From contig OZ024743.1 of NCBI GenBank assembly GCA_964016885.1, positions 144,646,001-144,710,000 on the forward strand: DNA of 64,000 bases, written 5' to 3'. The stretch is from Eledone cirrhosa (Eukaryota). The notes under the pieces were generated by a model. That model ran no database searches. It had not been told where the DNA came from and worked only from the letters and a program-made list of their open reading frames with translations. Position 1 is the first letter of the stretch. Each line of letters starts with the position of its first letter. This document shows, in pieces, positions 29,101 through 45,409 of the stretch. The position numbers and the translations under genes were made by a program.

Positions 29101-29612
29101 AAACCGCCACCCTGCTTCAAAAATGAAGGAGAGGCGGTTTTCCTCTGTGTTGTAGCTATGGCGAAATAGGTTGTATGGTGGACAAGGTTGAAAGTGCTGA
29201 GGTCAGACACCTTTCTCTCCGGCCAACAACTGATTCTTTTTTTCAAATACCACTTTGGAAGAAAAATCAGGATGGAGAGAGAGGTGCTGTACCCCAGCAT
29301 GTTTTATGAAAGGTGGGTGAAAATGGCGAGAATGGCCCGAGTGAATGGGCCTTCTCTCTATATCAGCCTGTAGGTTGAGGAAAAAGAGGAGGAGAGGAAA
29401 GGAGTACAAACTCTTCGTACTACTGGAGATGAGGGTTGCACATTTTTTTTCGGGGGCATGTCTTACCCATATGAAATGTCTCCCCCAATTGGGGAAAATC
29501 GACTAATTTTTAAATTACATTTGTGATAATATTTTACACGTTTTTATTGTATGTAAACTTCCCCCTTTGTATTTGTCCCCTTCTTTTGTGCCCCTGTGGC
29601 TAATAACAAAAC
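26105..29612 (+). mobile_element. Tx1-like retrotransposon copy 2, ORF1 end to 3' end, decayed
   Basis: MANIRVGCVNVRGL APE start, RT motifs incl. QGCPLSP and YADN, C-terminal CPTC..ETVANAFIHC; flanked by (TATC)n. Confidence 0.88.
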
Positions 29613-29613
29613 A

Positions 29614-29660
<47 letters not shown>

Positions 29661-31214
29661 GGTAACCCACATATCTATATTCACCAATGTATCAATTACG
29701 TACACTAGGTGGTGGGTCGTTTCGTGGGGCAACAGCAATAATAATAACAAAATACGAACCCCAATAGCAGCTCGAAAATAGATAAACTCATTGATAGAAC
29801 AAAGTCATCGTAATTTAGTGGATATGTGTTTGATAATGATTAAATAAAATATGGGGGAATATTATAGTAATTGATTTAAATGAATGTAAAATGAAATACG
29901 GTGATGGCCAGAGTGACAAGTTGGTGAATGTCAAGAAGATGAAGGATTCAACCATCAAGGAATTATTAAATTAAATATATTTTACTATAAACCTGACGGA
30001 TACTGTGCTAGTTAATTTATGACCCTGCGGAATTTCGTTCCTTTTGCGTTAGCACCACTTAATATAAAAAGAAAAAAAAAAGAAAATTTAGATTGAGAAG
30101 AATGTAAAATAATAAAATATAAAGAAAAAAGAAAAAAACGGAAAGGGGCAGGGAATAGCAAGGACTCTAGTGTCACTCACAGAAGCTTGGAGAGAAGGGG
30201 GAGGGTGATTAGGCTCTGGGCCTAGAGTGCGACAGTAATGGGACTGTGCCCCGCGGAGAAGATCGCAAAAGCGTTCCCGCGGACGATGGCTAGCGACACC
30301 CGCTGCAAAAGCCACCCCACCTCGCGGGGCTCCTTCCTCAGACAGGCCACCGACGTTCCGATCTTGCGGAGGAGCTCGATTGTATGGGGTCCAAGTACGC
30401 CTGAGGTCTCGACGGTGACCGGTGTAAAGAGGAAGCAGTCGGATAATCCCCGTATATCGAGGAACTATGAGCAAGAATACGAAGAGAACTAGACATCTGT
30501 TATACCATATCTTTATTCCTTCGTATCTTCTTTTAGGTGGAAAATTTGTGCCATTAGGGTTGGCAATAAAGTATTTTTATTGCAGTGCAGTCCTGACATG
30601 TTCGCATGGACACACTCAATGAGTATTTGCTACAAAATAAAATATACTTTTAAATTTTCATGCAATTTAGTTCATTAGAGTGAAAATCGTCTGGGAGACT
30701 TTCTATTTCTAATTGAGTAAATATAGTTTTACACCGGAAAGTTCTTCTCATACAGAATAAATAGTTCCTGATTTAATTTTATTTTCATTTTCCGAAAATA
30801 CCGAATCTTTGCGGTTAAAAATCTATATATGAATAGCAAAAGGAAATAATATATGTACCATAATGTAATCGGTACATGCTTATTATACATGCATTCATTA
30901 CAACGTGTACAATGTAACTCGGAAAAGTGTATGCTACATAGCCTTGTATCAAAACAAACATATGAGTGAAATTGGGCTAGGGTAAGCTGTAAGGAAGTTT
31001 GATTGTAACTGCTTATGTGTGGAAAACTTTATATGTCGTCTACTTTAACACTACAAAAATGAAATTGGATGAATTTAGAGGAAACCACTCTGTTGTAAAC
31101 ATTTGGACTAGGTCTCCGATATGAACATAACTTTCTCCCTTTCTCCCAACAATTACCGACGCACTCCCAAAAGGTCATCTAACTAAGCATATATATATAC
31201 ACACATTACACACA

Positions 31215-31302
<88 letters not shown>

Positions 31303-31440
31303 CGTGTGTGTAGATAGATAAATAGATAAATGGCCGACTGAATACGTACGTGTATGTTTTTTCGCCCCCATTTTATTCTCACTTTCCCTGTTCCTTCCTC
31401 TTATCACTTTACTTTCTATTTCTCTTCTATTTCTAATTCT

Positions 31441-31478
31441 GTCTTCTGATGAAGGACTAGTGTCCGAAACGTTAAGAC
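31441..31478 (+). ncRNA. Minimal type-I hammerhead ribozyme motif, intact core
   Basis: gtctt-CTGATGA-a-GGAC(tagt)GTCC-GAAA-CG-TT-aagac; a degenerate copy lies on the minus strand at 39729-39766. Confidence 0.8.
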
Positions 31479-31622
31479 TCTCTTCCTGCTATTCAAGCAT
31501 TAAACTAATATATTTCTTTCAAGTGCTGTGCCGTTTGTTTTGTTATAATTTTTATTTACTTTTATATACATACATATACTTTATCGATTAATACTCTTTT
31601 TATTCGACTAATCATTATCCAG

Positions 31623-31733
31623 TTAATCCCTGCAAACCTAACCCATGCAAGAATGGAGGAACATGTATCAACACGGCGTTCTCTTTCAGTTGTCAATGTC
31701 CTCAGAAATATTTTGGCCTACATTGTACTCAAG
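31623..31733 (+). CDS. Host gene exon: EGF-like domain (too short for the ORF track)
   Basis: atccag| ... |gtaagt; NPCKPNPCKNGGTCINTAFSFSCQCPQKYFGLHC; 111 nt, phase 1 to 1. Confidence 0.9.
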
Positions 31734-32664
31734 GTAAGTAATGGTTATCGTTGTATAATATTTCATTTAAATTACCTGTATTAATGTTTTCCATTGAGTT
31801 CAAATGTACATGATAGGACGGATGGCATCAAATAAAAATGTAAGAGAAAATCTGGCTGGAATATCATATATTCCTATATCAGATATATATATATTATTTC
31901 GATGGGTTGATATGCATCTTAGCAGCCGGAAGAGATTAAGTCCGAATTTCACCAATGTAGTTCTATACATACAATAAATATTGTCACTGTGACCAATAAA
32001 TCAAAAGAAACTTGACTTACTGATGCTATTTACAACTTCTAATTAACTCGACTGTTAAAGATATGCATTTATAGAATTCCAACAATCCTAAGGTGGTAGA
32101 TGCAGATAATACACATCTGCCTTGTCGTGTAAATCTCAATTCACATAAATACCTCGATTTCCGCTGCATGTCTAACTAGAGCATCAAGGTACTATTGCAG
32201 ATCACGACTAGAGCTATTTACAGTGGCTATGTCAAATTTATTAATCGTATGTCTCACTTGTCGTCCTTTATGGTCTGAATACGTCAACTGGACATCTACG
32301 AATAGTAAAAATCTAGATTTTTCAAAACCATATTATGAGGTTTCTAAAAACCCACAAACTATTTAATCATATAAAAAGTGTGTATCTACTAGCTGTCAAA
32401 CTAGTTCCTATGATGTGTATCATTAAAATCAAAGTCCTGAAGCTCTTTGGTCACGAAAAAAGTTCACAAATGTGTCTTTCTAAAACATGGATGGAGAGTG
32501 TGATTCAGGGTAAATGAAATAGAGGTAGGCTACAGTGGCGCTGGTGAGACGATGTCTATGAATGATCAGGTCGAAGTCACACAAAATAGGAAATTTTGGA
32601 AGGAAATATGTCATATTAATGTTCAATGTGTCGCAGGGGGAGGCAGTGAACGATATATATATAC

Positions 32665-33030
<366 letters not shown>

Positions 33031-33044
33031 TATACATATATATA

Positions 33045-33084
<40 letters not shown>

Positions 33085-33127
33085 CATACATATATACATA
33101 TTATTAGAAATGTAAGCTATCGCCGTA

Positions 33128-33345
33128 TTTTGACAAAATACAAAGTGTGTTATATAAATTTTTACATAACCAAGGAAACATACCTTATCAGTTGAATTTT
33201 CCTTGACTATCCAAGGAGAATTCAACTGATAAGGTATGTTTCCTTGGCTATGTCAAAATTTATATAACACACTTTGTATTTTATCTGATGAAAGTGTACC
33301 AAAGTTTTTTGGTACCCTTGAAATATATATAATAGAATAAATATG
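33128..33345 (+). repeat. Fold-back repeat followed by a hammerhead motif (33277-33339)
   Basis: Arms ~33135-33208 and 33213-33283; tattttat-CTGATGA-long stem II-GAAA-TATATA-TA-atagaata. Confidence 0.75.
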
Positions 33346-33474
33346 TTTTTATAAATATAGTTTCCATTTATGTAATATCATTGAATATTTACTCCAGAAC
33401 TTGTCGAGTGCTCTGAATCAGTTATAAACATTTATATTTGTCGGATTTCCAACAAATTAAATATCCCTTCTACT

Positions 33475-33505
<31 letters not shown>

Positions 33506-33623
33506 ATATATATATGTATATATGTATATATATAAATATAAATATATACATATATATATATGTATATATGTATATATATATATATATACATACATATATA
33601 TCTATATATATGTATATATGTAT

Positions 33624-33742
<119 letters not shown>

Positions 33743-33998
33743 CATATATACATATATATATATATTTATGTATATATATATATACATATATACATATATA
33801 TACATATATATATACATATATACATATATATATATACATATATACATATATACATATATTATACATATATATATATACATATATAGATATATATATATAT
33901 ATGTTCAGAATATCTAGTCCAGAATATATGTCCAGAATATCTAGTCCAGAATTAGCCGTCGAAACGGCTTGAGCTCAGCCGTCGGGGTCCTACTTGTT

Positions 33999-34052
<54 letters not shown>

Positions 34053-34574
34053 AAATATAAATTAATATATATGATGAAACACAAATACCAACATATCTGC
34101 ATTTATATTGTAAAAGAAATTTAGTTAGCTAGAATGAAATATACTAATTATAATATTACAGCCTGCCTATATCGATTTAAAATAATAAATCAACAAAGAC
34201 AAACAGTATTGCCAAATGGCCATGATGTTTAGACACATTTAAATTTCAAAATCAAACCTGTTCCGTAGATAAGTTTAAACTTTAAAATCCAAATATGTTT
34301 CGAGATAAATAAGTGTAAGGATATCTTGTCCAGCTCTCTTCAGTAAACATCCTGAAACAAATTGATATGCTTCACTTCTAAATATTTTAAAAGACTGTTT
34401 AACGCACATGGTTTACAGTTTCTAGCTAGCCTCATACCCGTACTGCTAGAAATAACAGCCGTATATATGAGGCTACTATCAGCTCAACCTAAGGAGCAAT
34501 TTTATTATATATATATATATATATATATAGTGACGAAACATAAGTCAATTGCATGAACTCATAATCCTTTATTT

Positions 34575-34630
34575 ACTGCTATATATATTTCGATGATAGC
34601 CATTGAATGGCTATGACCTCATCAGGCAGT
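34575..34630 (-). ncRNA. Hammerhead motif, family C, intact core
   Basis: Reverse complement: actgc-CTGATGA-ggtcATAGCCA(ttcaa)TGGCTATcatc-GAAA-TATATA-TA-gcagt; near-identical copy at 50447-50502, degenerate relatives at 48741-48793 and 63180-63234. Confidence 0.8.
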
Positions 34631-35511
34631 TAGTCAGTTCTTAGATATGCCAGCTCTGTGTTTATAGTGTTGATGGTATCAGAACCTTGGGACATATGAG
34701 CTTGTTACGAATAATTTAATGTTGTCAGCAGGAATAGTCTTGATTCTCATTGGTCAGTTTGTAGATGGTAGTAGGGTTGGTATTTGACCTCAAAGAGGCA
34801 GGTGGTTCTGTAAGGTTCAAACCATCAGGCAAGATGACCATAGTTCCACATGACTGATTTTCACAAAAAGCATTCCTGGTCCGATATATATTCAATTAAG
34901 GTTAATAGTATGAAATAGATACTACAGGTCAATAGATACTACAGGAAATTTATGGTTGGAGTAGAAAATTTACAAATAAAAAGACTTATGTAGGTTGGCT
35001 TGCACTACACTCACACCGGCAGAATCAGGGGGGGGGGGGGGGCTCTCTTCGATGCATTTTGAACTTCAATGGTACTCGTCAGGACCGCGTTTCCCTCTCG
35101 CTACAACCGGGCTTTGAAACAGGCGAAAATATATTGTTTTTTCGCCTGTGTAAATGAGGTGATTAGTTTCATTTGCATATGAAGCTGTATAAGTTGACTC
35201 AACTTAGAATAGAATTAGAATTTAGCTTCGAACATATCTGTATATGTATATGGATTTCGTATACCTAAAGAAATACGGTATGTTTATAAAGCCAACTCAT
35301 AGAGCTTCATATACAAATGAGACTAATCACTCCATTTACACATACGAAAAAACTATATATTCTCGCCTGTTTCAAAGTCCGGTAATAGCGAGAGGGAAAC
35401 ACTGTTCTGATGAGTTCCATTTAAGTTCGAAATGCATTGACGGCTTTCAGAATGTTTATTTATAAACATACCGTATTTCTTTAGATATACGAAATTCACA
35501 CACACACACGC

Positions 35512-35548
<37 letters not shown>

Positions 35549-35725
35549 GGAACCAGTAAGACCCCGACAGTTGAGCTCAAGCCGTTTCGACGGCTAATTA
35601 GCCGTCGAAACGGCTTGAGCTCAGCTGTCGGGGTCTTACTGGTTCCTATTACCCACTCTACTACCCCAAGTATTGAGTACTTTGGTGCGTTATGGTCCAC
35701 CTGGTTCCTTACCACATTTCCTTCG

Positions 35726-35960
<235 letters not shown>

Positions 35961-36747
35961 GGAGTTGCGACTGATAGATAGTATTAGCAATTGGAAAGAC
36001 CAACGGAAACATCGTTTCCTCGGTCCGATTTGACGAAAGTTGATCGACAAATTTATTATATATATTTATAAATAACATCATGGATATTTCTACACATTAA
36101 AGACAGGATATCTAGTCCCAGTGCCTCAATAACTAAAGGAAGTTATTGGGGGGGGGGGGAGAGAAAATATATATAACAGAAGAGAAAAGGGAAGCAAAAG
36201 AAGAAAAAAAAACAGCGGAAAAAAAACCGGAAAACAATAAACCGAAGAGGGAAACCCGAAGCACATGTGTGTGAGCAACTCGAAGAGAGAGAAAATATTA
36301 AAGTTGACATCAACTACTGAACTTAAGTCCGAGGCCGTGTGAACGAGAAAAAAACACGTCTGAATTACGCAAGAGTAAGTGAGAAAGAGACAGCGAGAGG
36401 AACAGGCGAGAGAAACAGCAAGGTGGCTAGCAGAGAGAAGGAGAGTAAAAGTGAAAGGGAGAGAAAGAAAGAAGGGGGAGAGAGTTGGTAGCAACAGAAT
36501 AGATAGGGATAAAGAGAGAATAGGTCACAGCAAAATTTTATAAAAATTAAGAAGAAACAGGGGCTGTGTAGTTGCGTTATCGACGCACTAAGGCTTTTGA
36601 CGCACTATCTTGTCTTTAATGCGTAGAAATATCTATGATCCCCCAGTAGAAAATTTTCTCCCGTTCGTGCTTTCCTCTTATTTATAAGTACACCTTATCT
36701 AGCAACTACACAGCCCCTGTTTCTACTCTCTCTCTCTCTCTCTCTCT

Positions 36748-36814
<67 letters not shown>

Positions 36815-37119
36815 GTTCTGGTGGTTGGGGAAGTGGTGATTTTGAGGATGTGCAGACACCAAGAGATTTTAAAGAACATGGATTTTTAGAAATATGCACA
36901 TACATACAATGACACATAAGAGACAAGATTCACATCCACACTCAAGTACCCATACACACACATACATACAAACACACACACATTTTTTAAAGGTTTAGTT
37001 ATTCTAAGTTAACGAAAGGTTTCCATAGAGTGATTGAATTGTCAGGCTCTGGCCAAAGAACTTTTTGTATCAATGGGTCATTGATGAGGTGAGGGTGGTG
37101 GAATTTGCAACAGTGGCCC

Positions 37120-37187
<68 letters not shown>

Positions 37188-37249
37188 TATATATATTACT
37201 CTTTCACTCTTTTACCTGTTTCAGCCATCCGGCTGAGGCCATGCTGGGG

Positions 37250-37287
<38 letters not shown>

Positions 37288-37370
37288 AACGAGTAGGACC
37301 CCGACGGCCGAGCCCAAGCCGTCCCGACGGCCAATTCTGGTCCACCTGGTTCCTTACCACATTTCCTCCG

Positions 37371-37411
<41 letters not shown>

Positions 37412-37461
37412 TAGATAGATAGAGATAGATATACACATATACATATACAAACACATACATA

Positions 37462-37554
<93 letters not shown>

Positions 37555-37559
<5 letters not shown>

Positions 37560-37860
37560 GAAAGAGTGAAGGATAACATGGTTGGCTGTACAAAAAGGGT
37601 TTTATTTACAGTATTAACAATTGTTTCATTGATCAGTTGAGTCTAAAAGGCCGCTGATCACTCGAAATTACGTCACTCAACCTTAAATACAATGCATGTC
37701 ACTGATCAAATTATCGGAATACTCAAGATTTGATCAGACACACTGTATTTAAGGTCGACTGACGCAATTTAGACTCACCTGATCAATGAAATAATTGTTA
37801 ATACTGTAAATAAACTCTTTTTGTACAGCCAACCATGTTATTCTTCACTCTTTCACTATT
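37555..37860. repeat. Diverged ~300 bp fold-back repeat next to (TA)n
   Basis: tgaaagagtgaa..ataacatggttggctgtacaaaaag pairs with ctttttgtacagccaaccatgttattcttcactctttca. Confidence 0.85.
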
Positions 37861-38135
37861 ATTACACCAAGAATGACCTACATGGGAATTCTCACAAAAA
37901 CGCTACCTAACTAAGGAAACTTCTTGTTGAGTCAAACAATGCCATACGTTAAAACTATCCATAGTACAGAGTACTCACAACTTCTAACTGGATTACCTAA
38001 AACGATAACTTGTTATCCCATATATATATATATAAAATAGAGAGAGAGGCAGAGAAAGGAAGAGTGAGAGAGAGAAATAGACAGAGAGACATATATACAT
38101 ACATACATACATACATACATACATACATACATACA

Positions 38136-38166
<31 letters not shown>

Positions 38167-38489
38167 GTTTGTGTGTAAATAAAATATACACTTGAAGCAT
38201 TGGGAACTTTGAAAATATCGTCATTACAGTTCAGATAACTATAATTGTTTCTACTTTAGGCACAAGGCCAGCAATTATCCAGTGCATTACTGGTACTTTA
38301 TTTTATCGACCCCGTAAGGATGAAAGGCAAAGTCAACCTCGATAACTATAATAATAGTTGATAACTATAGACAATAGTAGACAAAAACGTAGACAGAGAC
38401 GGCAACGAGCATTTATTCTGTTAGCATCTATAGTTTTCTGCATTGTGACCACTATATTTTCAAAAATATGTGTGTATTTCTATGCGCAC

Positions 38490-39541
<1,052 letters not shown>

Positions 39542-40264
39542 ATGTACGAAAAGTTTGGTAGAAATGTCCATGGGTAAGAGCAATCAGTCCATAGGACGAG
39601 TTTATATATGTATATATATATGTAAAAGGTAAACAGAAATAACAAAAATAACAAAACAAACGGCACAGTACATGGAAGAAATAAATATAAATATAAATAT
39701 TAGCTTAATGCTTGAAATAATAGGAAGAGTCTTAATATTTCGGACACTAGTCCTTCACCAGAAGATAGTGTGTGTGTGTGGTCACACCTATGCAGGTTTA
39801 GCTGGCCTCCTCCAATGTATATCTGGTTGGAGGTGTCTTGGGTGATTTAATGATAGGGACCCCAGTCCTATCATCTCATTTCTACAGCTGAGTAAACTGG
39901 AGCAACGTGAAATAAAGTGGCATGCTCAAGGAAACAACACACCACCCGGTTCGATTACAAGCCCAATGCTCTAACCACTAAGCCATGCACCTTCACACCA
40001 GAAGATAGAGTTAGAAATAGAAGATAAACAGAAATAAATAGAAAGTAAAGACTGACTAGAGGAAGTAACAACGAAAATTAGAAAACAAAATTTAGGGAGA
40101 AAAATAACACATGTGTGTATTCTGTCGGCCATCGAATATGCCCGCGCGCGTGTGTGTGTGTGCGTGTGTGCGTGTGTAAATATACACACATATATATGAT
40201 TAATAGGAAATATAACAAAAAATCTACCACATTTCAAAAATGTTTGTTTGCTTTCTTTCTCAAG

Positions 40265-40485
40265 TGAAAAAGTGTTACTGTAGTACTTATGGAGAACATC
40301 ATTACCGGACGTTCGACGGACAAACAATACGTTTCACCGGACCCTGCAGGTTTACACTGGTGGCTCCTAAAAATGGATCTAAATTTTCTGTAGATGTGAT
40401 GAATGATCATCGAAAAATCAATACTCGTCTAGTTGATATGACAATTAATTCGATCAAAATTCGCTTATCATTTCGCAGAATTTTG
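40265..40485 (+). CDS. Host gene exon: VWD domain 2, N-terminal half
   Basis: ttctcaag| ... ttg|gtaagt; CYCSTYGEHHYRTFDGQTIRFTGPCRFTL; phase 1 to 0, paralogous to 12426-12682. Confidence 0.88.
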
Positions 40486-40735
40486 GTAAGTATCCTTTTA
40501 TAATTTATATTATGAGCCATAGGCAGACAACAAAAAAAATATATATATATATATATATATATTTATTAAAATAACAGATTAAAGTTTAAGCAAAGAATCG
40601 CTGCTTTCACCTTTAACGGGATCTTCTGAAGCTAAGGATTTTAGTCTTCAAATTTATTATTATTACTATATATATATAGTCCAGAATTAGCCGTCGATAC
40701 GGCTTGAGCTCAGCCGTCGGGGTCTCACTTGTTCC

Positions 40736-40785
<50 letters not shown>

Positions 40786-40834
40786 CATATATTAAAATAG
40801 TCATACATGCTTCGAACGTTTTGTTTTTTCTCAG

Positions 40835-41130
40835 ATTAATTCAGAAGAACGCCATTTCCCCGTTATTAATTATAAACAATTCAAGGCTTATTATGCCGTC
40901 GGTTGGATAATAGTTACTACCAGCTTTGGATTAACTCTCAAGTTTGATGGTGCACATCGGATTACTGTGAGCTTTCCTTTAACATATGCTAACAAACTGA
41001 TTGGTATCTGTGGTGACTGTAATGGAAAACAAGACGACTTCCGTACAAAATCTGGGGTAGATGTTTCCTCTCAGCCAAACAAATTAAGTTTAATTGGAAA
41101 TAGCTACCTTGTCAATGATCCTGAAGAAAG
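40835..41130 (+). CDS. Host gene exon: VWD domain 2, C-terminal half
   Basis: ttctcag| ... ag|gtaaat; FGLTLKFDGAHRITVSFPLTYANKLIGICGDCNGKQDDFRTKSGVDVSSQ; paralogous to 15056-15360; phase 0 to 2. Confidence 0.9.
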
Positions 41131-42004
41131 GTAAATTCTATTCTACAATTAATATGTAATAAATGTTTCTTTTCTAAGCTTTCTTCTCCTCGGTCATATT
41201 ACATGGCTACACAAATAGTAAGATTACCATTGCACAACCTACACATTACTATTTCAAAGTTATGATCAGAGTTATGAAAAAATGAGCATTAATGAAAATC
41301 CTACAGATTTATAGTAGTAAATTGCTTCCTGGCATATTTTAGCAATTATATATTAGTCTGGGAGAGGAATGGCGTTCACTAGGATGACTCGCTATTGTCA
41401 CAGCAGGAAAAGGAAGTTTTCCGTATACTGATTAACCAAATCTTTAATTATAATGGGGATATTCCCATGTGCAGTCTCCTGAGAAATGATCTGCGATGAG
41501 GATTACTGTAATAGTTTTTATTTAACCTCTCTTTATAATTTTATTTTTATTTGAAGACTTTTCGTTGATTTTATCATGTTTGCTTATTATGAAATATAGA
41601 AGTTGAACATATTGAACTGGGTAGGCCTTTTAAATATTGAGAATGTTAACAGATAGTTAAACCGCTCAGTCGATGCAGACATGACACCTAATTGTACTGC
41701 ATTTACAGCTCTAACAGAACGGTTGGTAATCAACGGCATTTGTTGGTTTGATGAGTCATTTTTGTAATCGGCGCTCTGGGTATCTGGTGTCAATACAGTG
41801 TCAATGTGTGCATCATTCTGGTATTTCTGCTGCGGTTGTGATATTTAAATAGAGGCGTTCATCTTGTGTATATGATATCGATGTTGGTGTTTATTTGGTA
41901 TGCATGTAGGCTCGAGGGTAGGGCTGGGATCCCTGCATAAACAAAAGACCATGTTGAGTTAAGGTGATTTTTGTTGGATATCCAGGCTTGTGGTTTGAAT
42001 TTGG

Positions 42005-43295
<1,291 letters not shown>

Positions 43296-43339
43296 TGATT
43301 TTGATTTAAATTTTTTCAAAGTTGTTTTTAAACGTTTTT

Positions 43340-45123
43340 CGATGGTTATTTCGCTTTCCACGTGAATGACGTCAATTGCCAATATAGTATTTCACGAAAT
43401 CAATTTTCTTTTTTGTATGAGATGTTTAGTTTGTGTGCCTGTGGGTGTGTCTTTTTATGTCAAGTACTGTGTGCTGAGTTCTAATCTATTATTTATTTGC
43501 GGGTTGAGTCTATGTATGAGAAAGGCTTCCTTAAATCTTAAGTTGCCCACATTTCTATCACTGGCTTTAATGGTAATGGTAATATGTTGGTTGATGTTTC
43601 TACATTTGTCGATGTGTTTTTTTAATGAGTATGCACCTAGGTGTTCTTTAGTGCAAGTGTAGAGTGCTTGAGTCGTGCTACCAATGAAGAACTCCTTACA
43701 TTTGTTGCATTCAATCCAGTATACCACATGTGTCCGCTGGCACATACCTGTATCGCGGATGGGGCAGTTAGTCAGGGAGCATTGATTGTTGTTGTATCTG
43801 GATTGCTTTTGAGACAGGTATCCACGCAGCGAAGGGCCGGAGTGTGCTAACTGTATGTCCAGTCCTTCTTTGCGGATAGCTCTGCGGATACCTGTGGTTA
43901 TGCTTTTGCTGAAATGTGGTAATTTCATGAAGCAGGTGTTTTTGAGGTTTTATGTCTGCGGCGCCTTCGATTCTTAAGTTGATTCACTGCAGATGTTGGG
44001 TATCTGTTCGTCTTCAGTACATCTATGAAGTGTGCAGGGTGGATGATCTGGTCCTCTGTCTTGCTACATTTATCCCAGATACGCATAAGTACATTTCTTA
44101 TGTATCCGGTTTTAGCACCAAAGGGAAGGGCTGATCTATAATGCACAAACAGGTCTCTGCTGTCAGCTTTCTAATAGAAGTTGGTGTATATAGTACCTTC
44201 TTCTGTTACTCTAAGTTGGAAGTCCAGCAGAGACAAGGAACCATTTTTATCGAGGTGTTCTGTGGTAAATCGTTTGTTGTTATCTGTTTGAAAATACTGT
44301 AGATATTATGCCAGCCTCTTCACGGGATGATGTGAGGATGAGTATATCATCTATGTATCGGGTGAAGAAAACACAGGAGCGGCAGGCGTTGAGCGCTCAA
44401 CGTTCCAGTTGGTTGATATACGTGATGGCTTGAAAGCCTGAAAGGTTGGGTCCCCATGGGTAGGACTGTTGCTTGTTTGTATGTGTGATGGTAGAAAGTG
44501 AAATATGTATTTTCTACGATGATGGATAGAAGCTGATGTATGTCTTGTGGAGTGAGGTCAAAGCAGTATATGTTGTATGAAATGATGCACTCAGTCACTG
44601 GGTTGACCGCTGGATGAGCGGGTACTGTCGTGTAGAGGGAGACAACATCGAGGCTAAAGGCATATCTGTTGAGTTTAAGTTGGTTAGGTTGTAGTTGAAG
44701 CAGTCTTTGTATGACTTCGACGGAGCTGCTGATATATCCAGGAAAGTAGCAAACATGGGTTTGAGGATCGGGAAGAGGAACCAGGAGATCTTATAGAGGG
44801 GTCCTTATATACTAGAGACAGTTGGTCTAATCTGGAGATTAACATTGGTTTTGTGGTGTTTTAATCAGGTGGTAGAATGTTGGTAGTCTGCTGTTTCTGG
44901 TGGTGAGGTTATTTTAATATTTGTTTGGGAGTTGTCTACGTCTGCAGATATCCGTCTAGATGGTTTTGATGTTATCTTCAATCTGGAATGCAGCAATGCC
45001 TGTCACTTCTGTATATAGTTCACCGTTGTTAAGGTGGTGCTCATATGCCATATGCTCATATGCTCATATGCTGTTGTATGTGTCTCTCGAAATGACGCAG
45101 AATTCTTTCCCTTTGTCGGAAGG

Positions 45124-45125
<2 letters not shown>
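43340..45125 (-). mobile_element. Penelope-like element, decayed RT and GIY-YIG
   Basis: SLDVVSLYT, LPMG, RYIDD (on the minus strand), and VVYWIECNKCKEFFIGST...KEH. Confidence 0.82.
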
Positions 45126-45170
<45 letters not shown>

Positions 45171-45327
45171 AATAAAATAAAATAAAATAAATAAGTCAAA
45201 TGTTTAAAATTTGGCTTCGTTTATTATTTGATTTGATTTTACATTACTCCGGAGTAACCAAACCAACCTGCGCACGTCGTCGACTGCTCCAATCTGCATA
45301 CTGAGGTGTTCGTATAAAAGCAACATA

Positions 45328-45409
<82 letters not shown>

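Noticed and set aside
30537-30625. Possible extra host exon after a pyrimidine tract and AG
   Set aside because: The required phase 1 frame reaches a stop with no convincing donor or domain motif; the VWA and EGF exons already join in frame
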